64,000 bases of DNA. Origin: Prochlorococcus sp. AG-409-L18 (GTDB lineage: Bacteria; Cyanobacteriota; Cyanobacteriia; PCC-6307; Cyanobiaceae). Position 1 is the stretch's first letter. The number at the start of each line of letters is the position of its first letter. The DNA lies in the NCBI GenBank assembly GCA_003215535.1, contig QCKG01000004.1:51496-115495 (forward strand), written 5' to 3'. Under the pieces are notes generated by a model. It had not been told where the DNA came from and ran no database searches. It worked only from the letters and a program-made list of their open reading frames with translations. Made by a program: the position numbers and the translations under genes. Positions 41,135 to 51,709 of the stretch are shown one piece after another.

Positions 41135-41974
41135 TTATCCTGCTGCCTTTCGAAGCTCACAGCAAAAAACCCCCGCTTCATCAGCTTCACATCCATACTC
41201 TGCATTAGATATTCGTTTCACAAGAGCACTACCAACAATCGCACCATCAGCACCCCAAGCACGTACTTGACGGACCTGTTCAGGTCCAGAAATTCCAAAT
41301 CCAACAGCTACACAACTTGTAGAAGATTCCTTTAATTCTTTAATCAGAGACTGAACACGATCCTCTAACACTGTTCTTTCACCTGTAACCCCCGTAACAC
41401 TTACTAAATAAGTAAACCCTCTACTCTTCCTAGAAATTCTTATCATTCTTTGTTTAGGCGTTGTTGGAGCAACAAGCAAAACCAAATCAAGCCCATAATC
41501 GGCAGCTAATGGAGAAAGCAACTCGGCTTCCTCTAAAGGGAGATCTGGAACAACCAAACCAGCGACACCAACCTTAGAAGCTTCCTCACAAAATCTCTCC
41601 ATTCCAAAATTAAGCAAAGGATTGCTATAAGTAAAAAGAACTATAGGAATGAACAATTCGCCTCGTAAATCTTTCAACATTTGCAGAACTAGCCTTGGAG
41701 TAGTTCCACAAGCAAGTGCTCTTGATGCTGCTGCCTGAATAACTGGGCCATCTGCTAAAGGGTCACTATATGGAATTCCCAGTTCAATAACATCTGCTCC
41801 TTCTTCCTGCAATCTAAGAAGAATTGCAGCGGAAGTTTCCAAGTCTGGATCTCCTGCCATAAGAAACGGCATTAAAGCCATACGACCCTCTTTTTTAAGC
41901 TGTCTTAAGCGTCTACTGATTCTGTCTTGAGAAACAGAATTTTGAGGTAATGGATCTTTGTTGTCAATCATCAA
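41135..41974 (-). CDS. trpA: Tryptophan synthase alpha chain
   Basis: Signature [17 protein letters not shown]. 279 aa. Confidence 0.93.
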   Translation of the reverse strand: MMIDNKDPLPQNSVSQDRISRRLRQLKKEGRMALMPFLMAGDPDLETSAAILLRLQEEGADVIELGIPYSDPLADGPVIQAAASRALACGTTPRLVLQMLKDLRGELFIPIVLFTYSNPLLNFGMERFCEEASKVGVAGLVVPDLPLEEAELLSPLAADYGLDLVLLVAPTTPKQRMIRISRKSRGFTYLVSVTGVTGERTVLEDRVQSLIKELKESSTSCVAVGFGISGPEQVRQVRAWGADGAIVGSALVKRISNAEYGCEADEAGVFCCELRKAAG

Positions 41975-42004
41975 AGGAACATCAAAGAGGTAAATATGAA
42001 GAAT

Positions 42005-42340
42005 TTACGTATTAGAGGATTTCTTCTCAGCTTCAAGTTCTTCTATTAGTCTAATTTGCTCCTCCTCAGTCATTGAGTCAAAGCTAGCTTGAAGTTCAGC
42101 ATTAGTTATTTTTTCATAAGCATTCCTGTAACGTTTTCGCTGCTCCATAAAAGTCATTTTACCCGTAAAAACTCTAAGGAGATACGATCCAGTCCAAGCC
42201 AATACAACAAGTATAAGTATTGCTTCTGCAGCGATCCCAGACGAAGTCCCATCAAGTCCAATAAGGCGAAAGACTCCAAAACCCAAAGCCCCTAAGAGCA
42301 ATACACCCAACCCAATTTGAATAACATTAATCCTTGTCAA
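42005..42340 (-). CDS. Small conserved membrane protein (DUF3007-like)
   Basis: 111 aa with two TM helices followed by a charged helical tail. The family name is tentative. Confidence 0.4.
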   Translation of the reverse strand: MTRINVIQIGLGVLLLGALGFGVFRLIGLDGTSSGIAAEAILILVVLAWTGSYLLRVFTGKMTFMEQRKRYRNAYEKITNAELQASFDSMTEEEQIRLIEELEAEKKSSNT

Positions 42341-42343
42341 GAC

Positions 42344-42595
42344 CTACCCCTCTCCCTGACCGTTCAGACGAAGATTGAGAAAGGGAGCATATAAAATTAA
42401 TCCGGGGAAAAACAAAAACACCAGTCCATACAAAGCTAATCTCTCAATCTTTCCCATAATGTGCCAACGGTGATTCATCCAAAAGTAAAGAAACAGTGGT
42501 ACTACCACCAAATAGAGAACACCAATAGTGGAATAAGCTCCAAGGAGAAGCAAAGAGTTGTGAGTCATTAGGCTTCCTATGACCAAGAGAGACAC
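42344..42595 (-). CDS. ndhL: NDH-1 subunit L
   Basis: 83 aa with two TM helices. [48 protein letters not shown] matches the NdhL (IctA) pattern. Confidence 0.8.
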   Translation of the reverse strand: MSLLVIGSLMTHNSLLLLGAYSTIGVLYLVVVPLFLYFWMNHRWHIMGKIERLALYGLVFLFFPGLILYAPFLNLRLNGQGEG

Positions 42596-42657
42596 TATTA
42601 GAGAGAAACTACTTAAGGAAATCTAGAATGCCAGAGTGGGTACTACCCAATTTAATC

Positions 42658-42743
42658 GGGAGCATGGCGGAATTGGTAGACGCAGCGGACTTAAAATCCG
42701 TAGGTCGTAAAAGACTGTGGGGGTTCAAGTCCCCCTGCTCCCA
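42658..42743 (+). tRNA. tRNA-Leu (anticodon UAA), type II with long variable arm
   Basis: Manual fold. Acceptor GGGAGCA/TGCTCCC plus discriminator A. Anticodon stem GCGGA/TCCGT with loop CTTAAAA. T arm GGGGG-TTCAAGT-CCCCC. No encoded CCA. Confidence 0.9.
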
Positions 42744-42821
42744 TGAAATATCAAGAGAAAATACATCCATCTTCAAGCAATCAGCACCAAAACGGATCAT
42801 TTCCCTAATGAGTGGCAAGTT

Positions 42822-43898
42822 TCAGCCATTCTCAACTACACGCCAACTAAGAGATTCCCTTGCATGAAAAGGGATCAATCCCTGATCAGGAGTTATCGGC
42901 TGGCTTGACGTGAAGGTATCAGGGACAACATGCTTATGTCTTTTCAAAGTAATTGAATCAGAATTCAAAGGGAGTCCATAAAAGATTGGACCAAATTCGC
43001 TTGCAAATGCTTCCAATCGATCAAGTGCTCCCTCTTGATCAAAAACCTCTGCATAACTTTCAAGTGCAAAAGGTGCACTAAATATCCCGGCGCAGCCGCA
43101 TGAGCTCTCTTTTGAAGAGCGTGGATGAGGAGCTGAATCAGTACCAAGAAAAAAGCAAGGTTTTCCACTGGTCGCAGCTCGCCTTAAAGCAAGTCGATGA
43201 TGCTCCCTCTTGGCCACTGGTAGACAATAAAAATCACTGCGTAGTCCACCAGAGAACATGGCGTTGCGATTTATATGTAAATGATGAGGGGTAATCGTTG
43301 CAGCAATCAACGATCCAGAAGCTTCGACAAACTGAACAGCATGTTCTGTAGTTATATGTTCCAAAACCACACGCAAGTCAGGGTAACTTTTTAGCAATGG
43401 TTCAAGATGCCTTTCTATGAAAACTGCTTCTCTATCAAAGATATCAACATCCTTATCAGTAACTTCTCCATGAATGAGCAATGGCATCCCAATACGCTCC
43501 ATTGTCTCAAAAGTCGAGTAAATTGAACCCATATCACTCACTCCCATTGCCGAATTCGTTGTTGAATTAGCGGGATAGAGTTTTGCCGCAGCAAAAACCC
43601 CGTCACGGTAACCCTTCTCAAGAACCTCAGGAAGGAGATCATCAGTCAAATAAGCAGTCATTAAAGGTGTAAAAGGGATCCCCTCAGGGACCGCTTGCAT
43701 GATCCTCTCCCGATAATTCGTTGCAGCTTTAATACAAGTAATTGGAGGACTAAGGTTGGGCATCACTATTGCTCGTCGAAATACTCGTGCCGTAGGAGCA
43801 ACTACAGATCCGAGCATGGCTCCATCTCTAAAATGCACATGCCAGTCATCTGGCTGACGTAATGTGATTTTGTCTGGAGAAAGATTAAAACCCATCAA
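42822..43898 (-). CDS. pyrC: Dihydroorotase (homodimeric class II type)
   Basis: N-terminal metal motif DDWHVHFRDG. 358 aa with an E. coli PyrC-like pattern. Confidence 0.88.
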   Translation of the reverse strand: MMGFNLSPDKITLRQPDDWHVHFRDGAMLGSVVAPTARVFRRAIVMPNLSPPITCIKAATNYRERIMQAVPEGIPFTPLMTAYLTDDLLPEVLEKGYRDGVFAAAKLYPANSTTNSAMGVSDMGSIYSTFETMERIGMPLLIHGEVTDKDVDIFDREAVFIERHLEPLLKSYPDLRVVLEHITTEHAVQFVEASGSLIAATITPHHLHINRNAMFSGGLRSDFYCLPVAKREHHRLALRRAATSGKPCFFLGTDSAPHPRSSKESSCGCAGIFSAPFALESYAEVFDQEGALDRLEAFASEFGPIFYGLPLNSDSITLKRHKHVVPDTFTSSQPITPDQGLIPFHARESLSWRVVENG

Positions 43899-44056
43899 CC
43901 CAAAAAGAGGTGTCTATATTGGATCGTCTTTTTAAAGACCAAACACCCTACTATTGATACTAAATGGATGATCCAGAAGAAACTGAAGAAATTAGAATTT
44001 AACCAAAGCCTCTTCCAAGGTCATCAAATCAATTTTACTTACAGGATTCGGAGCCT

Positions 44057-45157
44057 ATGCCGACTTTCTTACTATCAGCTCTGGAGATGCTGACTGGAAT
44101 CGGCTTGCTTTTTGGAGGCGGAGAACTCTTTGTTAAGGGTTCTGTGGCTTTGGCATTAATCCTCGGTATTCCTCAACTAGTCATTGGGCTGACTGTCGTT
44201 TCTCTAGGTACTAGCGCTCCTGAACTATTTGTAAGTGTTAGTTCAGTTTTAAAAGGCTCCGATGCTCTTGCAGTAAGCAACGTAGTTGGCAGCAATATAT
44301 TTAACATGATGGTAGTTCTAGGAGCTAGCGCGCTTGTTCTCCCATTAAAAGTTGAAAGCAGGTTAGTTAGAAGAGATGTCCCCGTGCTACTTGCAGTATC
44401 GGCTGCAGTGTGGGGAATGGCCTCATCTGGAAAAGTCACATGGCAAGCAGGTGTAGCACTCCTCATTGCTTTAGCAATTAACACAGTATGGGAAATTCGA
44501 ACAGTCAGAGAAGAGCCAGATAAAATGAAAGCTGCTGAACCAGAAATTAATTTAGAAATAGCGGACAGTGGGTGCTTAAAAGCCTTTATTCAAATTATTT
44601 TTGGCATTATCCTCCTAACTCTTGGTTCCAACCTTCTTGTAAGTGCCGCTACTGATACAGCAGTTTTACTAGGCGTAAGTGAAGCAGTTATAGGGCTCAC
44701 TATAGTTTCAGCAGGAACATCGATACCTGAATTAATTACATCTCTAGTAGCAGCATTAAGGGGCAGAACAGATTTGGCTATAGGCAATGTAGTTGGAAGT
44801 AGCTTGCTTAATCAACTTCTTGTTTTGAGTAGCTGTGCCGTTGTTTCAGGGGAAGGTTCACTAATAGTTGAGGAGATAATCATCCAAAGAGATCTACCTT
44901 TTATGGTCCTGACCACACTTGCCTGTATGCCTATTTTCTGGACAAAGGGAAGGATTAGTCGCCAAGAAGGAGCAATCCTTCTTGGCTTATACCTCTGCTA
45001 TTTAGCAGATCAAATAATCCCTATAACCTCCCCGAACTTTCATGGAGACTTTAGAATAGCAATAATATGCGTTGTATTACCGATAACTGTAACTGCGATC
45101 ACTTTTCAAACAGTTAATTACTGGAATTATCTAAAAAGAATAAGAGCAAATAATTGA
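44057..45157 (+). CDS. Ca2+/Na+ (cation) antiporter, CaCA family (YrbG-like)
   Basis: Two alpha-repeat motifs, GTSAPELFVS and GTSIPELITS, in a 366-aa polytopic protein. Confidence 0.85.
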   Translation: MPTFLLSALEMLTGIGLLFGGGELFVKGSVALALILGIPQLVIGLTVVSLGTSAPELFVSVSSVLKGSDALAVSNVVGSNIFNMMVVLGASALVLPLKVESRLVRRDVPVLLAVSAAVWGMASSGKVTWQAGVALLIALAINTVWEIRTVREEPDKMKAAEPEINLEIADSGCLKAFIQIIFGIILLTLGSNLLVSAATDTAVLLGVSEAVIGLTIVSAGTSIPELITSLVAALRGRTDLAIGNVVGSSLLNQLLVLSSCAVVSGEGSLIVEEIIIQRDLPFMVLTTLACMPIFWTKGRISRQEGAILLGLYLCYLADQIIPITSPNFHGDFRIAIICVVLPITVTAITFQTVNYWNYLKRIRANN

Positions 45158-45171
45158 ATCTGATATTTCTA

Positions 45172-46569
45172 TCAAACCATTGTCACAAACTCCTCTGCGA
45201 TCGTGGGATGCAATGCCATTGTAAGGTCAAAGTCTTTTTTCTTTGCACCCATTACTAAAGCAATGCCAGCCATTTGAATAATTTCAGATGCATGTTCTCC
45301 AAACATATGGCAGCCTAAAATCTTCTCCGTACTTAACTCTACAACTAACTTCAAAAGACATTTAGTGCTCCTGTTAGAGAAAGCCTGAGACATTGCTTTG
45401 AATTGAGAGCGATAAACTCTAATCTTATTTGATCCATATCTCTCAACTGCTTCTTCTTCTGAGAGCCCGACAGTAGCTATTTCAGGCTGACTAAATACTG
45501 CAATAGGAACTATCTCGTAATTAACCTTACGAGGCCTTTGGGCAAAGTTAGCATCTGCAAATGCCCTCCCTTCATCAATTGCTACTGGAGTAAGATTTAT
45601 TCGATTAGTCACATCTCCTAATGCATAAATATTTGGGATATTTGTAGCCAATCCAAGGTTGACAGTAATCCTATTATTATTTAATTTTATGCCGGCATTA
45701 TCTAAGCCAAGACCCTCAATAAAAGGATGCCGCCCCGTCGCAAGAAGAACTCCTCCACATTTAAGAGTTTCTTGTAGATCTGTAGTTAGAGTTAAATCAC
45801 CAATACTACCTTTTATATCTACTGGAGACTGACCAAAGCGAAGATCAATCCCTCTATTCAGCATTTCTAATGCAAGCTCTGCAGAAAGATCCTTATCAAA
45901 ACCACGCAATAAATGGGCACCTCTAACTAACTGAATAACATTAATTCCCAAGCTATTCATAATACTTGCAAACTCACAAGCAATAAATCCTGCTCCGACA
46001 ATAACGACTGTTTCCGGGAGTGTTTTCTGAAGGAAAATATCGTCACTAACCCAACACAGCTCTTTACCAGGGATATCAAGCAGGGTCGGACGACCTCCGA
46101 CTGCAATAAGGATTCGATCACCATTTATTTCCCTAACGACATCTTTGGTATGAGTATCTAATACAGAAACCTTATGAGAACTAGCAAATTTGCCCCATCC
46201 TCGAACAAGCTCAACTCCTGACTTGGCTAAATTACGAACATGAATCGCATTGAGACGATCTACTTCTTTACGCACATTGGCCAACAACACACCTATATCC
46301 ATTTCAACATTGCCTAATTTGATGCCAAAGCCGGAGGCGGTTGCCAAAGCATCAAAGTATTGAGATCCATACACCAACAATTTTTTCGGGACACAACCTC
46401 TAATCACACAAGTTCCACCTACACGATCACCCTCAATAATCACGACTCTGGCCCCATGAGCTGCTGCCCTTTTTGCGGCAGCTAGACCTCCAGAACCAGC
46501 ACCTAGAACTATCAAATCAAAAGAGTTTGCCAAAGCGGAATGAATCAAGCTGAACAATTCTGGGTCCAA
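45172..46569 (-). CDS. gor: Glutathione-disulfide reductase (pyridine nucleotide-disulfide oxidoreductase class I)
   Basis: FAD motif GAGSGG and redox-active disulfide GGTCVIRGCVPKK. It has a C-terminal dimerisation domain with a His-Pro motif (ALHPTIAEE). TTG start in the track. Confidence 0.8.
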   Translation of the reverse strand: MDPELFSLIHSALANSFDLIVLGAGSGGLAAAKRAAAHGARVVIIEGDRVGGTCVIRGCVPKKLLVYGSQYFDALATASGFGIKLGNVEMDIGVLLANVRKEVDRLNAIHVRNLAKSGVELVRGWGKFASSHKVSVLDTHTKDVVREINGDRILIAVGGRPTLLDIPGKELCWVSDDIFLQKTLPETVVIVGAGFIACEFASIMNSLGINVIQLVRGAHLLRGFDKDLSAELALEMLNRGIDLRFGQSPVDIKGSIGDLTLTTDLQETLKCGGVLLATGRHPFIEGLGLDNAGIKLNNNRITVNLGLATNIPNIYALGDVTNRINLTPVAIDEGRAFADANFAQRPRKVNYEIVPIAVFSQPEIATVGLSEEEAVERYGSNKIRVYRSQFKAMSQAFSNRSTKCLLKLVVELSTEKILGCHMFGEHASEIIQMAGIALVMGAKKKDFDLTMALHPTIAEEFVTMV

Positions 46570-46704
46570 TCAACTAGAGAGTCCACAAATGGACATTGAT
46601 CACCTCTTAATCTTTGCAAGGAGAAAATCGAACTTATTATCAATACTTGGCCACAAGCCTTAAAAAAGACAAAGAATGCTAAATAGTTTCTTCTGTCCTA
46701 GGCA

Positions 46705-48006
46705 TTGATTGGCAAAATCAATAAAAAGAAGAGAATGAATCATCCAATACACTCGTCAAATGCACTTACCTGGGAAGCGCTAACCAGTTTTGCTAATAGA
46801 GAACCTGACCGTTTACAAGGTCCTACAAACTCTTATTCGAAACTAAGACTTTTTCACCAAGCCGAAAATACTGTGCGTGTAACCCTATATAGAGATCATC
46901 ATGCTTGGTGTCCATATTGTCAGAAAGTTTGGCTGTGGCTGGAATGGAAAGAGATTCCATACAGAGTTAAAAAAGTTACTATGCGTTGCTATGGGAAGAA
47001 GGAAAGATGGTATCTAAAAAAAGTACCTTCTGGAATGCTTCCAGCGATAGAAATTGACAATCAACTTTTCACTGAAAGTGACGAAATCCTATTAGCGCTA
47101 GAAAAAGTTTTTGGCCCTCTTGGAATGCCTCTGGAGGGGAAGAGAAGCCTCGAGTTAAGAAAACTAGAGCGGAAGTTATTCCGCTCTTGGTGCTCTTGGC
47201 TTTGTAGACCAAACATGAATGAGAAACAAGAACTTCAAGCAAAAGAGCAATTCCATCACTATGCAAAAGAAATGGAGATCGAAATACTAAAAGGGGAAGG
47301 CCCTTGGCTTGACAAAACAAAAAGTGCTAAAGGGACTTTAATTCCAGGAAGTTCGGATGTAATTTTTATACCCTATGTAGAAAGAATGAATGCTTCTCTG
47401 GCCTACTACAAAGGTCTAAATCTAAGGAGAGAACATCCTGCAATCAATATATGGTTAACCGCCTTAGAACAGTTATCTGTTTACAGAGGCACTAAAGGTG
47501 ACTTTCATACCCATGCACATGATCTACCTCCTCAAATGGGCGGATGCTGGAAAAATGCAAGTCCAAATCAATATAACTTCTCAAAAGCTATCGACTGTGG
47601 AGAAGGATTAGGTGAATTGGAAGATGTTTTTTTACCCGAAAAAGGAGCACAAGATTTCAAGCCTGAGAATGATGCATTAACAAGAGTTCTCAAGCACCGT
47701 CTCCCCATTTTAAAAACAAACCCAATGGGAGAAAACTCATTTGATCAACCTTTAAGAGCTGCTCTTACAAGAATGATCACAGGAAGTGAATGTATTCCCA
47801 ACAAAGGGAGTGCCTCTGGACTGCGTTATTTAAGAGACCGAATCTCTGTTCCTAGAGACATGCCATTACTTTCCGCACGAAAGCTACGTCAAGCACTTGA
47901 AAAGACTGCCGAAATGGATAGTTTTAAGCAAGGTGAATCGATTCCTCTAAGAAATCGTTTCGATCAAAACCCCGAGCCATTTTTAACAAAAAATGCACCA
48001 GATTAA
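46705..48006 (+). CDS. Glutathione S-transferase-like / thioredoxin-fold protein with CPYC motif
   Basis: N-terminal GST_N/glutaredoxin-like segment [31 protein letters not shown]. 433 aa. Track start is TTG 46705 and the first ATG is at 46735. Confidence 0.6.
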   Translation: MIGKINKKKRMNHPIHSSNALTWEALTSFANREPDRLQGPTNSYSKLRLFHQAENTVRVTLYRDHHAWCPYCQKVWLWLEWKEIPYRVKKVTMRCYGKKERWYLKKVPSGMLPAIEIDNQLFTESDEILLALEKVFGPLGMPLEGKRSLELRKLERKLFRSWCSWLCRPNMNEKQELQAKEQFHHYAKEMEIEILKGEGPWLDKTKSAKGTLIPGSSDVIFIPYVERMNASLAYYKGLNLRREHPAINIWLTALEQLSVYRGTKGDFHTHAHDLPPQMGGCWKNASPNQYNFSKAIDCGEGLGELEDVFLPEKGAQDFKPENDALTRVLKHRLPILKTNPMGENSFDQPLRAALTRMITGSECIPNKGSASGLRYLRDRISVPRDMPLLSARKLRQALEKTAEMDSFKQGESIPLRNRFDQNPEPFLTKNAPD

Positions 48007-49373
48007 GTACGCTTTCTTGAATCAATCTGTAATAAATCTCTCACACGCTGAACCTGACTGGCCAGCTGTGGATCACTAGACAACTTTTTCTCTACTTGTT
48101 CAATTGCATAAATAACCGTTGTATGGTCTTTGCCTCCAAAGGCCTCACCAATACGAGGCAAACTCAGACCAGTTCCATGCCTCATCAAATACATCCCAAC
48201 CTGACGAGCTTGGCTAACTGGACGTCTTCGAGTTGTGCTTCGCATCTCATCAGGTGTTACTTCAAAGACTTCTGAAACCTTTTCGATAACTTGTTTAGGG
48301 GTAACTTCAACCCCTTGTCCATTTGGATCAAGCATAGGGGCTACTGACTCGACGGTCATAGGTAGACCAGTAATTGAAGAAAATGCGACAGCCCTTGTTA
48401 GTGCACCTTCAAGCTCACGAATATTCGACGTAAAACGACCAGCAATAAATTGAATCAATTCTCTAGGTAATCTCATCCTTTCCTGCTCTGCCTTCTTTTG
48501 GAGAATCGCCATCCGAGTTTCCAAATCTGGGACCTGAATATCAGCAATTAAACCCATTGAAAATCTTGAGATCAAACGTTCCTGAAGTCGAGGGATTTGA
48601 TTAGGAGGTCGATCACTTGTTATAACAATTTGTCTACCAGCTTCATGCAAAGCGTTAAAAGTATGAAAAAACTCTTCTTGAGTATATTCCTTACCTTCTA
48701 TAAACTGGATATCATCTACAAGTATTAAATCAGCAGCTCTATATCTATTTCTGAAGGCTTGCATACCATCTTTCCTAATTGCCAATATCAAATCATTAGT
48801 AAACGTCTCAGTTGATATATATGTAACATTAGCTGTTGGATCAATCTCTAGTCGATAATGACCAATAGCCTGCATTAAATGAGTTTTTCCAAGCCCAACT
48901 CCCCCACAAATAAATAATGGATTAAATTCTCTACCAGGAGCTTCTGCTACCGCCAATGCGGCCGCATGAGCCATACGGCTATTGGGTCCTACAACAAATC
49001 TGTTGAATACATATCTCAAATTCAAACCTGGAAGAACCCTTTTAGGTCCATTCGAGGCGGACGGAACTGTAGGGCGTATTTCTTTAGAAGCCTGAGACAA
49101 GCCAGACCTTATAGGAAGCAATTCATCAGTAGAACGTTTTGCTTGCTCTTGAGTCTTTATGTGGACACGAACAGATCTCCCACAAATCTCCTCAGCAACC
49201 TCCTGAATTGTTTGGGCATAGTTTTTACGTAACCAATCACTTGAAAAATCATTCGGGGCAAGAAGCGTTAACTCTCCTTGGATAAATCCACTACATGTGG
49301 CAGGGCGAATCCAAGTTTCAAAGGTGGGCTTACTGAGATTTCTCTGAAGGGCCTCCTGCACCTTTGACCACAT
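48003..49373 (-). CDS. dnaA: Chromosomal replication initiator protein DnaA
   Basis: AAA+ Walker [11 protein letters not shown], Walker [10 protein letters not shown] and a C-terminal DnaA box-binding domain (DHTTVIYA). Track start is GTG 49391, but ATG 49373 (MWSKVQEAL...) is likely. Confidence 0.93.
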   Translation of the reverse strand: MWSKVQEALQRNLSKPTFETWIRPATCSGFIQGELTLLAPNDFSSDWLRKNYAQTIQEVAEEICGRSVRVHIKTQEQAKRSTDELLPIRSGLSQASKEIRPTVPSASNGPKRVLPGLNLRYVFNRFVVGPNSRMAHAAALAVAEAPGREFNPLFICGGVGLGKTHLMQAIGHYRLEIDPTANVTYISTETFTNDLILAIRKDGMQAFRNRYRAADLILVDDIQFIEGKEYTQEEFFHTFNALHEAGRQIVITSDRPPNQIPRLQERLISRFSMGLIADIQVPDLETRMAILQKKAEQERMRLPRELIQFIAGRFTSNIRELEGALTRAVAFSSITGLPMTVESVAPMLDPNGQGVEVTPKQVIEKVSEVFEVTPDEMRSTTRRRPVSQARQVGMYLMRHGTGLSLPRIGEAFGGKDHTTVIYAIEQVEKKLSSDPQLASQVQRVRDLLQIDSRKRT

Positions 49374-49705
49374 CTCATTGCCCGTTGGCACAGCAATTTC
49401 CTAATGGGAGATTGAATCTAGGCACTTCCTGAGAAAAGTCATTGTTTTTGAAGAACCTAATACCCTTGCCCTCTATTTATTCAAATTCCTATAACCCCTT
49501 TCACATCAATGGATTTCCGTCGTCCAACCGAGTTAGAAGTCACTAGAAATATCTGGGACCTCAGAAAAGCTGCAACGAAGAGTTACTTAAAGGTCAAAAG
49601 GCTTTTGCAAAAACCCCAAAGCAAACGACCAAATCTCTATCTTTAAGGGATAGTGAAAAGAAAAAGGGCTCGTTTTGGAGAAACCAAGCCCTTACTAAAT
49701 AGAGA

Positions 49706-50371
49706 ATGAATATGAATGAAGTCCCTATTTGTTCTAAGCCCGCACTTGTAGTAATGACTCGTTGGGCAGCTGCGGGGCGTTGTAAAAGCCGCCTTGCGAC
49801 AAAAATTGGTGCTTTCAGAGCAGCTTCTATTCAAAGGAAGCTAACAGAACACACCTTTTCTATAGCCAAGAGGCTCGAAAAGGATGGTTTAGTAGAAATT
49901 CATCTCGCAATTACAGGAATTGCTTCAAAAGGTATGAATCGATGGGTTTTAAAAGAAGGAATAACAACTTTTACCTTTCAAGGCATGGGAAGCCTGGGAT
50001 TAAGGATGAGAAGACAATTGATAAGAGTACAGAAAAAAAATAAGTGCAAAAAAATTGGCCAAGCCACCATCTTCATTGGTACAGACTTGCCTAACCTTTG
50101 CCGGTTAGATTTAATTCAAGCCATTGAAGCCTTGAAAACCAATGACCTAGTAATAGGACCTGCATCAGATGGGGGCTATTGGTTATTAGGCCTCTCTGGG
50201 AAAATGGTCAATCCTGTAGCTACTTGGCCATTCTGTGGAATTCCCTGGGGAACTAACGAGGTACTGACAAAGACTATTTCCTTAGCAAAGCTTGCTGGCA
50301 ATAGCTATGCATTACTTAGGGAGCAAAATGATATTGACAACGTAGAAGATCTAAACCCATGGCAAGCTTAA
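49706..50371 (+). CDS. DUF2064-family protein (nucleotide-diphospho-sugar transferase fold; TIGR04282-like)
   Basis: N-terminal pattern VVMTRWAAAGRCKSRL and later GTDLP...DGGYWLLG, as I recall for DUF2064. 221 aa. Confidence 0.5.
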   Translation: MNMNEVPICSKPALVVMTRWAAAGRCKSRLATKIGAFRAASIQRKLTEHTFSIAKRLEKDGLVEIHLAITGIASKGMNRWVLKEGITTFTFQGMGSLGLRMRRQLIRVQKKNKCKKIGQATIFIGTDLPNLCRLDLIQAIEALKTNDLVIGPASDGGYWLLGLSGKMVNPVATWPFCGIPWGTNEVLTKTISLAKLAGNSYALLREQNDIDNVEDLNPWQA

Positions 50372-51072
50372 CCAAAATACCAAGACTTAGCATTATCATC
50401 CCAACTCTTAATGAAGCTAGTTCTTTACCTTTATTATTAGCAGACTTACAACTTTGGCCTGAACCAACTGAATTAATTGTTGTTGACGCAGGAAGCTCTG
50501 ATCTGACAACCCAAATTTCTAAATGTTTTGGAGCTAAGGTTATCGATCTGGGAAAGAAAAATCGAGGTTTCCAACTCCAACAAGGTGCCTCCAAAGCTCT
50601 TGGTGATTGGCTTCTTTTTCTGCATGCCGATAGTCGGTTACCAAGAAATTGGGCTCAGAAAGTAAAAACCATAATTAATAGCCAAAATTCAAACTTATCT
50701 GCTTGGTTTTTTAACTTAAAAGTTCAAGGACTTCGACCAAGCTTACGCCTTCTAGAAATCGCTGTATCCATTCGAAGTCAGGTATTAGGGAAGCCATATG
50801 GTGACCAAGGCTTACTAATAAGTAAGCGCCTATATAAAGAGATAGGAGGATATAAACCCATTCATCTAATGGAAGACCTCGACCTAATTTTACGCCTATC
50901 AACCAAGACAAAAATAAAGTCCTTATCTACACCCATATTTACCAGTGGTCGTCGCTGGCTAAATACTAGTATTCTTTTACAATCTCTTAAAAATGCGAAC
51001 CTAAGAATTCGATGGAAGAGAGGAGAATCCTCCAAAAAGCTTTCAGATGATTACTATAATTTAAATCGATAA
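50359..51072 (+). CDS. Family 2 glycosyltransferase (TIGR04283-like partner of DUF2064)
   Basis: LSIIIPTLNEA start, DAGSSD acidic motif and LFLHADSRL. 237 aa. It overlaps the upstream gene by 13 nt. Confidence 0.65.
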   Translation: MASLTKIPRLSIIIPTLNEASSLPLLLADLQLWPEPTELIVVDAGSSDLTTQISKCFGAKVIDLGKKNRGFQLQQGASKALGDWLLFLHADSRLPRNWAQKVKTIINSQNSNLSAWFFNLKVQGLRPSLRLLEIAVSIRSQVLGKPYGDQGLLISKRLYKEIGGYKPIHLMEDLDLILRLSTKTKIKSLSTPIFTSGRRWLNTSILLQSLKNANLRIRWKRGESSKKLSDDYYNLNR

Positions 51073-51143
51073 TAATCAAACTTAAAATGAGATTTAGCTA
51101 AATAAGTTTAACCACTAGATAGTATTTTAATGTAGAAATTAAG

Positions 51144-51647
51144 TCAGTTTGCATACCAAAAAGCACAGCGATGTCCCTTGGGCTCTAGAGTCCATCCTTG
51201 GCTCTTATAAAATGATACAACTCCTGAATCAGCAAATAATGTGACTCTTTCAATTCCCATTTCACGAAGAGTTTTAAGGATATACAACATCATTTGTTTC
51301 CCAAGGCCAGAACCCTGATATACAGGGTGGACTGCAACATCCCATACAGTCGCTTCAATAATTCCATCACCAGTACATCTAGCGAATCCAATCAAGCGAG
51401 GGAATCTTTCATCATGACGCCAAAGTCCAACTTTTAAAATACTTTCATCTAGTGCTCGTCGGACCCTACGAACAGGTCTACGACTCCAGCCAACTGCCTC
51501 TAATAATTGCTCAAGCTCCACCAAGTCAAGTGGTCTTGATTTACTAAATACAAGCTTCAAATCGTCATTAGTCGTTCTGCATTCACGAGCCCCAGATCCG
51601 TATAGCTCATTAAGCAGCTCAGGAGTTAACACAGAGGAACTAATCAA
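51144..51647 (-). CDS. GNAT-family N-acetyltransferase
   Basis: Acetyl-CoA motif A: VHPVYQGSGLGKQMM. 167 aa. Confidence 0.8.
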   Translation of the reverse strand: MISSSVLTPELLNELYGSGARECRTTNDDLKLVFSKSRPLDLVELEQLLEAVGWSRRPVRRVRRALDESILKVGLWRHDERFPRLIGFARCTGDGIIEATVWDVAVHPVYQGSGLGKQMMLYILKTLREMGIERVTLFADSGVVSFYKSQGWTLEPKGHRCAFWYAN

Positions 51648-51709
51648 AACTTTTGGCCTCCAAAAGCTATATCAAGCATGAGTAAATATCCTTTTTAATA
51701 AAAGTCGGA

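Noticed and set aside
42596-42821. tRNA-Leu as an integration hotspot or genomic island boundary
   Set aside because: There is no integrase, no duplicated tRNA 3' fragment and no compositional break nearby. The flanking genes (ndhL, pyrC) are core housekeeping genes.
42609-42867. ORFs 42609-42818 (minus) and 42628-42867 (plus)
   Set aside because: Both span the tRNA-Leu gene (42658-42743) and so are artefacts of it.
49392-49705. Possible oriC next to dnaA
   Set aside because: I could not find a cluster of DnaA boxes (TTTTCCACA/TTATCCACA or their complements). The best match has three mismatches. In Prochlorococcus the origin is generally placed near dnaN, not dnaA.
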